DNA of 64,000 bases, from the NCBI RefSeq assembly GCF_036321535.1, contig NC_087436.1, positions 23,066,001 to 23,130,000 on the forward strand. The letters run 5' to 3'. This document shows, piece by piece, positions 26,998-38,479 of this stretch (within the stretch, counting starts at the first letter, position 1; each line of letters starts with the position of its first letter). The DNA comes from Camelus dromedarius. Lineage: Eukaryota. The translations under genes were made by a program, and so were the position numbers. The notes beneath the pieces were generated by a model. That model ran no database searches. It worked only from the letters and a program-made list of their open reading frames with translations, and was not told where the DNA came from.

Positions 26998-28345
26998 CAG
27001 ACTTCTTTCTTATGAATGTAAATGGTGTGAAATACTGACATGTTTTGTACATGTACATATAATATATTTACGTCCTGCTTTCACATTAGTAATCTGAAAT
27101 GGTTGTACCGTTTTATAATTAGAAAGAGATGTGGGAGGGGGAGGGAGGGGTGGTTACTTTTGTAGTGGGGTGTCCCTTATATTTAGAAAACTTGAAGTAA
27201 TTTTGTACTTGTGAGAAGTTACATTCCATTCATTTCCTGAAAGGCCATGGGTATTGTTCACGAGCTGGGAGGATGATTATGCAGGGAGCCTCCCAAGCAG
27301 CATCTAAGTGACACCGATTTTGTGGACTCCAGGTCATGACCAGAGATTACCAGTTCAATAATGTGAAAAGGAAAAACCCAGCTTACTTTAGCCCCTTTGT
27401 ATATAGCACATTATTACTTCCTCTGGAAAAAAAAATCTACAAAGAATGAATGTACTGTTCTGAAATAATCCAGACATGGCATCATAAATCAATCTCTAGT
27501 ATCTACCAACGAGCAAGAACGCCGATGGATTTATTTTTTTTCCTTCTTAAACACGAATTACGTGCTTTTGGTATAAAGTAAATGATGTCACTGGTAGGAC
27601 TTTACTTCGCTGCCCCACGAGGTCTGCAGATCCCACGCACGGCAGTCCCTCACAGTATTACCCGTCCTCTCCATATTCAGGTCATGAGACTGAGCTTCCT
27701 TGATTAATTTGCCGTGTGACTCAAAATCACAAAAGTTACTTCTCATGGCATTGCATGAGTAACTTTTTATTTGGACTTCAGTTAGCTCTTAACTGTAAAA
27801 AAAAAAAAAATTAATAGTGAATTATGTAGCTGTTTTACCCAAACATCATCTTCTATCCAAAGTCACAGGCATAGTTAAATGATTAGTTAAGGCAGTGTAG
27901 TTACTGGGTTTTTGTTTTGTTTTGTTTTGTTTTCTGTGTAAATCTCTCTCTTTCCTTCTTCCCCACCTCAGGCACAGACCTTACTCCTTCCAAAGCACTT
28001 TATATCTCTCTTGAAACACACAGAAGTTTCGAAAAACTGTCTTTGAAGGGATTTGTCTTCTATTGGGAGGCATGACTTTTATTTTGCTTTATTCTATTCT
28101 CTATGTGCTTGGAGAGCATAAACCATTTGTCTCATGCAGCTAGTGATGAAATATTAAAGACAATAGTTGGAAACGTTCAATCGCACAACATGGCTATTTT
28201 TGTTATACAGATGACTATCCTGTAAATAAGTGCAATCGTGTTCTTATGTACTGGTTTTTAAAAAAAAAATGCAACTCTGAAGCTTTGAAAAGGATTGTGA
28301 ATTCCAGGAAATTTCATTGCAAAATTTTGTTTGGTTTTGTTTTTT

Positions 28346-28351
28346 AATAAA
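28346..28351 (+). terminator. Distal polyadenylation signal (AATAAA) of RNF150
   Basis: AATAAA with a U-rich upstream tract and a GU-rich downstream element ~20 nt later. Repeat-rich DNA resumes shortly afterwards. Confidence 0.7.
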
Positions 28352-29045
28352 ATGAAATCAGATGCTTGCGTTTTGTGTCATCCATATTTTCCAACTGTGT
28401 TGCCTCGCCTGGAGTTCCAGAGGTGGCCCTGTGGATTATAAAACATCGATGTTTATCGTTAAATCACGATCATGTTAAAAGAGTGAGACAGGAGATCTTA
28501 GTAACTTCTTTATTCCTCTCGGGTAAGTCAAGTACCAGGTGCGAAGCCCTCTTCTTAGCTCTGTTCCTCTAAGGGAAAGAATTAAAATAATTTGAGCAAC
28601 TCAGAATAAGAAGGGCTGCTGAATTAGCTTGAGGCACCGTTGGATAGAAACTGAGCACTTCCATCTGAGCCGCTGTGGGCAAGTCAAGGGGGTTACACTG
28701 TGGCGGCAGGTCCTTCTTTATATTTATTTGTACACCCCTACAGGGTTTTAAACAGCAATGCCTTCAAATGAGCAAGGGAATGTTAAGGGAATTTTTAAAA
28801 ACTGGGAGCTGTCAACCTCGGAAGGTAGGAAAGGAAAATGGAAAAGGGGAGAGGTGCCCTCTATTCATTGTTATCCCCCACGTCGAACTGGCAGGCCCTG
28901 GTGTGGCTTAGAGCCTCTGGGTCCGGCCCTTCCAAGGTGCTGACATGTCCACTGGAGGACAGGGCCGAGTCGGACGTGTCAGGTGCAGTTCAGCCTCTGA
29001 TCGAAGCCTTCCATCTGGCCAGGCACCTCTCCAAGGGCCACACCC

Positions 29046-29327
29046 AGAAACAGACTCACATAGAAAACAAACTGTGGTCACCAAAGGGGAAGGGGGCGGG
29101 GATAAATTAGGAGCTTGGGATTAACATACATACACTACTATATGTAAAATGGATAAACGTCAAAGACCTACTGTACAGTACAGCACAGGGAACTATATTC
29201 AATAGCTTGTAATAACCTATGATGGAAAACAATAAAGGGTGAATATATATATATCTGAATCACTTTGTTGCACACCTGAAATTAACAGCATTATAAGTCA
29301 ACTGTACTTCAATTAAAAAAAAAAAAG
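29046..29327 (+). mobile_element. LINE-1 3' end
   Basis: acagactcacatagaaaacaaactgtggtcaccaaagggg...gtacttcaatt-polyA. Confidence 0.85.
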
Positions 29328-29537
29328 CCAAACCATATTGAGTCCTCTGGCCTCCCAGAGCTCCTTCCTACCCAAATGGCAAACTGCTTGTGGGAGGCTG
29401 GAAAGCATCAGTGCCCTGGAGGCTTGGCCCTCGGGCCAGTTCTAGGTCAGGAGGTATTCTAAGGGGATTGTTGGTACCAATAGTGATTGTGCCACATTAG
29501 AAGGCACTAAATTTTGTTCATGCTTCTGTTATCACAG

Positions 29538-31780
29538 GTTTTTTTAACATTTTTGATTGGTTTATAATCATTTTACAATGTTGTGTCAAATTCCAGTGTA
29601 GAGCACAATTTTTCAGTTATACATGAACATATATATATTCATTGTCACATTTTTTTCTCTGTGAGCTACCACAAGATCTTGTATATACTTCCCTGTGCTA
29701 TACAGTATAATCTTGTTTATCTATTCTACAATTTTGAAATCCCAGTCTATCTCTTCCCACCCCCCACCCCCTTGGCAACCACAAGTTTGTATTCTATGTC
29801 TATGAGTCTATTTCTGTTTTGTATTTATGCTTTGTTTGTTTGTTTTTTAGATTCCACATATGAGTGATCTCATATGGTATTTTTCTTTCTCTTTCTGGCT
29901 TACTTCACTTAGAATGACATTCTCCAGGAGCATCCATGTTGCTGCAAATGGCGTTAGGTTGTTGGTTTTTATGGCTGAATAGTATTCCATTGTATAAATG
30001 TACCACATCTTTTTTATCCAGTCATCTGTTGATGGACATTTAGGCTGTCTCCATGTCTTGGCTATTGTAAATAGTGCTGCTATGAACATGGGGGTGCAGG
30101 TGTCATTTTGAAGTAGGGTTCCTTCTGGATATATGCCTAGGAGTGGGATTCCTGGGTCATACAGTAAGTCTATTCCTAGTCTTTTGAGGAATCTCCATGC
30201 TGTTTTCCACAGTGGCTGCACCAAACTGCATTCCCACCAGCAGTGTAGGAGGGTTCCCCTTTCTCCACAGCCTCTCCAGCATTTGTCATTTGTGGATTTT
30301 TGAATGATGGCCATTCTGACTGGTGTGAGGTGATACCTCATTGTAGTTTTGATTTGCATTTCTCTGATAATTAGTGATATTGAGCACTTTTTCATGTGCC
30401 TATTGATCATTTGTATGTCTTCCTTGGAGAATTGCTTGTTTAGGTCTTCTGCCCATTTTTGGATTGGGTTGTTTGTTTTTTCTTATTAAGTCGTATGAGC
30501 TGCTTATATATTCTGGAGATCAAGCCCTTGTCGGTTTCATTTGCAAAAATTTTTTCCCACTCTGTAAGTTATCTTTTTGTTTTACTTATGGTTTCCTTTG
30601 CTGTGCAGAAGCTTGTAAGTTTCATTAGTTCCCAGTTGTTTATTCTTGCTTTTATTTCTATTGCTTGGGTAGACTGCCCTAGGAGAACATTTTTGAGACG
30701 TATGTCAGATAATGTTTTGCCTATATTTTCTTCTAAGAGGTTTATTGTATCTTGTCTTATGTTTAAGTCTTTGATCCATTTTAAGTTTATTTTTGTGTAT
30801 GGTGTAAGGGAGTGTTCTAGCTTCATTGATTTACATGCTGCTGTCCAGTTTTCCCAGCACCATTTGCTGAAGAGACTGTCTTTATTCCATTGTATGTTCT
30901 TGCCTCCTTTGTCGAAGATTAGTTGACCAAAAATTTGTGGGTTCATTTCTGGGTTCTCTATTCTGTTCCATTGGTCTATATGTCTGTTTTTGTACCAATA
31001 CCATGCTGTCTTGATGACTGTAGCTCTATAGTAATGTCTGAAGACTGGGAGAGTTATTCCTCCAGCCTCTTTCTTTCTCTTCAGTAGAAAGAGAAAGAAA
31101 TTCTAGGTCTTTGATGGTTCCATATAAATTTGGCAATTCTAGGTCTTTGATGGTTCCATATAAATTTTATTATGATTTGTTCTAGTTCTGTGAAATATGC
31201 CCTGGGTAATTTGATAGGAATTGCATTAAATCTGTAGATTACCTTGGGCAGTGTGACCATTTTAACAATATTGATTCTTCCAATCCAAGAGCATGGGATA
31301 TCTTTCCATTTTTTTAAGTCTTCTTTAATTTCCTTCATCAATGGTTTATAGTTTTCTGTGTATAATTCTTTTACCTCCTTGGTTAGATTTATTCCTAGGT
31401 ATTTTATTACTTTGTGTGCTATTTTAAAGGGGATTATTTCTTTACTTTCTTTTTCTGTTGATTCATCGTTAGTGTAAAGAAATGCAACTGATTTTTGAAC
31501 GTTAATCTTGTAACCTGCTACCTTGCTGAATTTTTCGATCAGCTCTAGTAGTTTTTGTGTGGACCTTTTAGGGTTTTCTATATATAGTAACATGTCGTCA
31601 GCGTATAGTGACATTTTTACCTCTTCTTTTCCAATTTGGATCCCTTTTATTTCTTTCTCTTGCCTGACTGCTGTGGCTAGGACTTCCAAGACTATGTTGA
31701 ATAGGAGTGGTGATAGTGGGCATCCTTGTCTTGTCCCAGATTTTAGTGGGAAGCTTTTGAGTTTTTCACCGTTGAGTTTT
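29538..31780 (-). mobile_element. Young 5'-truncated LINE-1 (~2.2 kb; RT C-terminal half to 3' UTR), disrupted
   Basis: Minus-strand ORFs 31081..31689 ([27 protein letters not shown]), 30569..30946 and 29847..30410 (Cys-rich C-terminus) are consecutive, frame-broken pieces of ORF2p. Confidence 0.95.
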
Positions 31781-33399
31781 TAATCTGCCCAGAAACCTGT
31801 TGTGGCCAATGTAGCAGACATCTAGGGATGTGAAGCTCTTACCAAGGATCTAGAAGCCACCCCTCCTGACTCCATCCACCAGGTGCTCCCAAATTGGGGA
31901 AAGTGTTCTGGGGGATGCATTCCAGGATATGACAAAAACTTCAGCAGCAGAGTCCCAAGATCAACTCAGTTGGCATAAGGCTGCTCCCTATGCTTAGACC
32001 TCCCTTCACTGATTTGCAGTCACATGCTCCGAATGGCACAGGTAGGTATGCCACCGAAATCTCCAACTGATGGGAGCCTGTATTTGCTGGCACCCTGGAA
32101 GGTGACAATTAAACTCCCCAAAGCCCTCAGACCTTTCTGTTGTGGAAGATGTTCCCACCCTGTCCCTGTGGGAACAGCCAGAAGGTCTGATCGTAGTGAT
32201 GACCACCCCCAACACACACAGCCTAGGCTTCCTATCTGTGCCTCCCTCTAATATTCCTGCCTTCTTTGTTCTTAAGGATCATTTACTAAATAGTCAGGGG
32301 AGAAACCAGAGCCAGCTTTCATTGGCGGGCAGAGCCCTGGGTTGCTATGAGAGCTGTACACACAACACAGCTGTCATTGGACTTATAGATCTAATGGGAG
32401 CCAAGGGTCTCAAATTGCTAAGGGAAAAAAAAAACATACTTCAGAGCTTTGGAATAACATCATCTATAAATACATGTGAGAGCAGGGAAGTTAATTCCAG
32501 AATGTAAGAACACCATAGCATTAGACCAGGGAATAAAATTGGGCCTGGGCCTGATGTTACACCAGCGAAACTCCCTCCCCATCAGGCTAATGACACACAG
32601 CCCTTTCCGCACAACAGGGAAAATTTAAAGAGGTCCGTTTGTCTCATATCACTTTCTTTTTCTCTCTTTTTGTATTCTCTGTATTTGAAACAAGGAGCGG
32701 GAGAAGCAGGAGGACATTCATTAGGGCCGGAGTTAGGGCCAGAGCTTGTTTCCTGACCCGGTCGCCAGGGATCCCTGGGCTGCACACGCTGCCTCCGTAA
32801 ATGGACAGGCACATCCAGATAGCTCAAAAATCTCAGGAATGGCAAGCAAGAAAAACTGAAAGTTGGGCTTTATTATATTGATGTTGGATAGTCAGGAAAC
32901 ATTCCCTGCACAGGAACAATTCTCATCTGGAAACAGAAATAGGATGGATGCAAAAGCACACCCACAAGGGGAGCCCCAGGAAAGGCTGTCTAATTTTAGC
33001 TGTGCAAGAAAGCACCTTGCCTTAAGATCCCAAAGTGAGTTATTACTTTCTGCACTCACTCCTTCAAAATAAAATTAGTTGTGATGTGGTGCTTTCCAGA
33101 ACTGGCTCACCGACCACAGCTTGCCCGTCCAGCCCCAGCTATGGGACTTGCTTGACTTCTTTTTCCTATATTATGGGGGACCAGGTGTCCAGAGAAACCC
33201 TCCAAACTGCAGAACACTTAAAAATATTGGACAAAATATTTTAAAATCTCCTTTAAGATGAGTAGCTAAATTGGTGAGAAAGTAAGAAAAATTCTTGGAA
33301 GCCAGAAGAGATAAGAAAGTACTAGCCAGGGGGGAAATTGAAGACGAAATATGGAGCTCCCCCTGGGTGTATATGCTGATCCCTGAGGGTCTATGATCC

Positions 33400-33985
33400 A
33401 CCTTTTTTTTTTTCCGTAAAGAGCCAGGTTAGTATTTCAGGCTTTGTGAGCCACGTGTGACTTCTGTCATTTTCTTTCATTGTTGTTTTGGGTTTTTTTT
33501 TTTTTAATTGAAGTATAGTCAGTTTACAATGTTGTGTCAATTTCTGGTGTACAGCACAATGCTTCCGTCATACATGAATATACATATATTTGTTTTTGTA
33601 TTCTTTTTCACCGTAAGCTACTACAAGATATCTCATATAGTTCCCTATGCTATACAGTATAAACTTATTTGTTTTATACATACCAGTCAGTATCTGCAAA
33701 TCTCAAACTCCCAATTTATCCCTTCCCATCCCCTTCCCACTGGTAACCATAGTTTGTTTTCTATGTCTGTGAGTCTGTTTCTGTTTTATATATAAATTAG
33801 TCTTTTTTGTTTTTAGATTCCACAGATGAGTGATATCATATGGTATTTTTCTTTCTTTTTCTGACTTACTTCACTTAGAATGACATTTTGGTTTTCGGTT
33901 TTTGTTGTTTTTGTGTGTGTGTGGGTTTTTTTTTTTTTTAGCAACCCTTAATACTCTTCTCAGTTCAAAACCAAGCCAAAAGAAG
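33400..33985. mobile_element. MER58-like hAT fossil interrupted by an L1 3' end
   Basis: ttttccgtaaagagccaggttagtatttcaggctttgtgagcca resembles MER58, and similar sequence resumes after 33890. Confidence 0.5.
33489..33888 (-). mobile_element. LINE-1 3' end
   Basis: poly-T + aattgaagtatagtcagtttacaatgttgtgtc...gacttacttcacttagaatgaca. Confidence 0.9.
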
Positions 33986-34744
33986 GGATGGTGTTGCTGC
34001 TGCAGGGGACGGGGACAAAGTGCAGAGTCAGAATCAGGGAGCCTGGCCCCAAAACCAGGGTGCACTGGAGAGATAAACTAGGAAAACCTCAGTGGGTAGC
34101 CTAGAAGACACATGCCTGCCAGAAGGAGTTGGGACAGACGTTGACCAGTGGTGGCCTTGGTTCTCGATAAAGAGGAGAAATGCTGCGTGTCCCGCCCCCA
34201 ACCCCACTCCTCAGCCCAGATGCCCTGCCCCTGCCAAGCTGTCTCAAGACGATGGGTTTGGAGGAGGCTGAATTTCATCCAGAAAGTGTTTTCCAGCCCA
34301 CAGCTATTTGGCTTGCAGGTAGAGGAGGGATAAACAAGGCTGTCCTCATGCTCTATGCACAGGGGCTTGTATGCGCCAGCCCCGCCTACAGCTCCTGTCC
34401 CTGTGTCAGAAAAATCCTCACCTGACTGGCAGGGCTACAGCCACACCATATCTGTTGGCTCAACGATGTATCCTCAGGGCCCTAGAGGAACTAATGACTA
34501 GTCCGTCGCAGCCTGGCCACAGGGAAAGGCCCACAACCAGAGCACCTTGTCCCACAATTCCAAGGGGCACAGCCTGTTGGCCCAAAGGCCCCAAGTCCAG
34601 GCCTGAACATTAATGCAAAGAACTACACGCTGAGGAATTGCTGCTATTGACTCTGAAGAACCAGCGCAACAGTGACTTTAAAGAAACGCTCAGTGTTTAC
34701 GACCCCTGCCCCTCATTAACGCCAGTAATGAGGGTGAGGACTTG

Positions 34745-34990
34745 AGTGGTAGAGTGAGTTGCGTGTTGGTGCACCAGGCACTCAGTAAGTGCTTTATTTG
34801 CATCATGCATTTGGCCTTTGCCATAATCCATTGAGGAAAGTGCTGTTATTATGCCCGTTTTATGATTTCTAATAAGGAAGCTTAGGAAGTAATGCGTCCA
34901 AGATCACACAGGTAGTAAGTAGCAAAATTCCTCACACACGGAAGTCCTTCTGGCTCCTGAAAGCTGTTCTTCACCACCACGTTACACTGC
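34745..34990 (-). mobile_element. MIR SINE (degraded)
   Basis: gcaccaggcact...ttattatgcccgtttta...ccaagatcacacaggtagtaagt. Confidence 0.55.
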
Positions 34991-35074
34991 CTTCCCTGGT
35001 CTGAAGGGAAAGATGACAAGTTTCTCTGTCCCTAAAACAAGAGGGAAGAGGTTTAAATTAAAAACAACCACAAC

Positions 35075-35648
35075 AAAGTGACCTTGCAGTGGAGAAATCT
35101 GACACTACCTCAGCCAGATGATCAAAGCCAACCTCAACAGTGACAAGTCATGTTGCTAGTGTGTCTCTATATGCGAGGTGAAGAGAGTGTTACTTTAGCT
35201 CTGTGTCTTCCTCCCCAAACCCCTAACATAACCCCAGTAGAGCCGTGGTTTTAAAAAATCAGGCAAGTCCACACAGAAGGACATGCTTCCAAATCAATGA
35301 CCAGTCCTCTCAAAATGGTCAAGATCATCGAAAACTAGGTCACAGAAACTCTTGGAGACCAGAGGAGCCTAAGAAGACATGACAATGAAATGTAAGGTGG
35401 TATCCAGGATGGGATCCTGGGACAGGAAAAGGACATCAGGGAAAAACTAGAAAAGTCTGAAAAAAGGCTGGACTGTAGTTAATAGTAATGTACCAGTGTT
35501 GACGCCTTAGTTGTGACAAATGTGCCAGGGTGATGTCAGGTGTTAACCACAGGGAAAACGGGGTGAGGGAAAACAGGAAGTCTCTGCACTGTCTCTGTAA
35601 CTTTTCTGTAAGTCTAAGACCATTGTAAAATAAGTTCATTTTAAAAGA
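35075..35648 (+). mobile_element. L1MC/L1MD-type 3' UTR
   Basis: ggatgggatcctgggacaggaaaaggacatcagggaaaaact...ttagttgtgacaaatgtgcc...ttttctgtaagtctaa. Confidence 0.7.
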
Positions 35649-36609
35649 GGAATTTGTACCAAATATATGAACCCAATGGATTACTGAAAACACAGAAATT
35701 GGTTTTTGATTCTACTGTGGTGTGTCCTTCCCAGGAAATTTTAGGAATAGAACAGAGTCTCAGTATCCTGAAGAGGTTACATGTTATTGAAACAGGAGAT
35801 CAGTTCAAATTATTTCTCAACATCAATTCCAGATTTTTCAAGACTATAAATCTGTGATTTGTATTCATTGTTACAATGACTCTTCAATCCACAGTCGCTG
35901 GAGAATCTGTGGAATGAGAAGCTAATCATTTGTAATTAGGTGTCAGAGTGATTGCAAGGTGAGGGGTAGGTTTTGTTGCTGGTGCACAGTAGTTACACTG
36001 AACACTGGATGGAAAGCCACGCACGCACAAATGCACCAAATGTTAATGAGCACTTGCCCTCTGTGTTGGCATTTGTGTAGTTGTGTAGTTGAACTGTTTC
36101 TCCCAGTAGGGGGCTCTATTGACCATCAAATGGAAAAAGTGACCTGGCAATGGTGAATAGATGTGTGTGGATTCCACTTGGAACAGAGTTTGCAGGGGAA
36201 CTTTGAGAAAGACTAACTATTTAGAAATCTTCTCCAGTGATGATTATTGCAGTAGAAAGTCGGAGACTAGCCAATGCCAACCAACATGGTTGAGGTAGGG
36301 GGTGTTTCAGAGAAGGAAAAAAGTGTATTGGACTAAAGCAGAAAACAGAACCCTTACTGAAACCATATATCCTCCAGTGAAAAGCAGGTTAGAAAAAACA
36401 AAGCTAGAAATGCTTCTCCCTGGCCAGAACTGTGTTCCTGAAAAGTAATGTGGAAGGAATTTTCTTCAAGTATTCTATTCATTGAATGGCCACAAATGTC
36501 TTAATCCGTATAGCATTTCACAAGATAGCTCACGTATTTAATTCTTTACTTTGAACACAGCAGCAAGAACAGCTCCTACACACACACATACCACACACAC
36601 ACACACACA

Positions 36610-37130
36610 CAAATAAAATCCTTTAATGCCCTCCCATTTCTATTAAGTCTGAGTACGATACAGAATCCTTAACACGACCTCCAAAATCCTGCATGATCGG
36701 GCCCCTGACATCTCCAGAATTATCTTACCCTAGTCCCCATTCACTCCACGTGCTCCAGCCCCACTCCTCGTCTTCTAATTCTGTCTGTTCATCCTTTGGC
36801 TCTCAGCTTGGCTGCTTTCCCTCGGAGGAAGCATCGCTCGCCCCTGGTTAGGTAGCTCTGTTAAATGCTTACCCAACACCTTGTACTTTGCCTTTATGGC
36901 TCTAATGACAGGTCGATCGCATGTGCTAAACAAAGCACTAAATGATGTTTAGCATTAATAATTCACTCATGTAATTGTTAGATTGGTATCGATTTTCCTC
37001 TCTAAATCGCACGTTCCTGGGGTTTAGGGTTCATGTGTTTATTCTCCATGTCTCCCAGCGCCCAGCAGAGGACCTGGCTCTGTGTAGGTTTTCACTATGC
37101 GTTCACACAATAAAAGATGGAAGAAATGAC
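36610..37130. mobile_element. L2 LINE 3' fragment
   Basis: aaaatcctttaatgccctcccatt...atccttaac...tctcccagcgcccagcagaggacctggc. Confidence 0.5.
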
Positions 37131-38323
37131 CAGGTCCAAGCTGGACCAGTGCCCACTGTCCAGGCCCCTCCTACCCGTTTTAGTCTTTTTATCCAAAAAG
37201 AGAAAATAGCTCACCCAGGAATTAGAATTAGTAATATTTGAGTATTATATACCAGGCTGCTTGGGAGATTTGGGGAAAATATGTAAGCAAAGCACTTAAA
37301 TGTTCACTGCAAAATATGGGGGAAAATAATAGAAAAGAATAAGAGATTCAATGACAAAACAAAAGTTTTGTCAGATTTGAGACAGGTCATCAGAGGGGCA
37401 TATTATCCAGAGAAGTATCTCCCAGGATGCCTGTGTTGCTGCAGGGGATGTATGAATTCAGGTGCGGCAGGGTGCTAGTACTAACTCTGCTCCTGACTCA
37501 GCTCAGCCTCACCTTAGCAAAGCTAGGTCCTAGAAAGAGGGACATCTGTAACGGACGCCAGGGAAAGCCACGCTCCGTGTAGGACTCTGCGATGCTGGGT
37601 TACACCAATTAAAATACTCCTCTCACCTAGGCCTTCTTCTAAGAAGCTCAGGTTGTCCTATCTTTGGCCAGTGGGGCTCTCTCTGAGTTGGCTCCTAAGT
37701 CCTTCTAACATGATAGTACTTGTCTATGAGAGCTCGCTCATTCTCTTCTATAACAAAAACTCCAGAATCATCTTGTACATTTTCTGCCCCGAAGATGGAA
37801 TTAGTCGTAGCTCTAAGAAATACTATGTAACAATACTCATTGCTACTGGCTTGGTTATGGTTTCTATGCCTCTTTGGTGATATATAAAATTTTTTAAAAA
37901 AGAAGAAAACACCTACCTCCTGAGTTTATATCAACACTTCCAACTGCAGTACAGTACTACAAAGTTCTTAGCCATTTCTCTCTCACATCTGTATGATAGT
38001 CTTTATCCTACAGTGAGAAAGCTGAATCTCAAGGACACAAAGAATGACAAAATGACAACACCCATTAATTATTCACTTACCCAACACTCAGTCTCAGAAA
38101 ACCAACACTTGGATTTCAGAATTTACTACTTCCAGTGAGATGAAAACCCATTCTTGCTGACCTCAAAGGAAGTGGAGTCACAAAGACAGACAATAAAAGA
38201 GAGTATCTTTGCCCACAGTGTGTAAGTGCTATGACCCTTCCTCTCTTAACAAAGGCCATCTTGTTTCCTGAAATGCGGAGTTCATGTATGCAGGCCAATG
38301 CTCCTGGTAAAAGCTTGTTTCTC

Positions 38324-38471
38324 GGGGGAGGCAGGGTATAGCTCAGGGGTAGAGCGCGTGCTTAGCACGCATGAGGTCCTGGGTTCAATCCCAAGTACCA
38401 CCACCTAAAAATCAATCAATCAATCAATCAATCAATCTAATTACCTCCCCCCACCCCCTTAAAAAAAAAAA
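38324..38471 (+). mobile_element. tRNA-derived SINE (camelid Vic-1-like)
   Basis: A/B boxes, (AATC)n and poly-A tail, with an imperfect TSD aaaagcttgtttct / gaaaacttatttct. Confidence 0.9.
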
Positions 38472-38479
38472 GAAAACTT

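Larger units (their letters stand above)
20000..28370 (+). other. RNF150: RNF150 long 3' UTR (~8.4 kb)
   Basis: Follows the stop codon and is almost free of interspersed repeats, with U/AU-rich blocks. AATAAA at 28346-28351 is followed by a GU/U-rich element (ttgcgttttgtgtc). The long UTR agrees with my recollection of the long human RNF150 mRNA. The end point is inferred. Confidence 0.7.

Noticed and set aside
29847..31689. Reverse transcriptase ORFs as a novel RT system
   Set aside because: They are ordinary LINE-1 ORF2p pieces (YADD motif, Cys-rich tail) from a 5'-truncated, frame-broken insertion.
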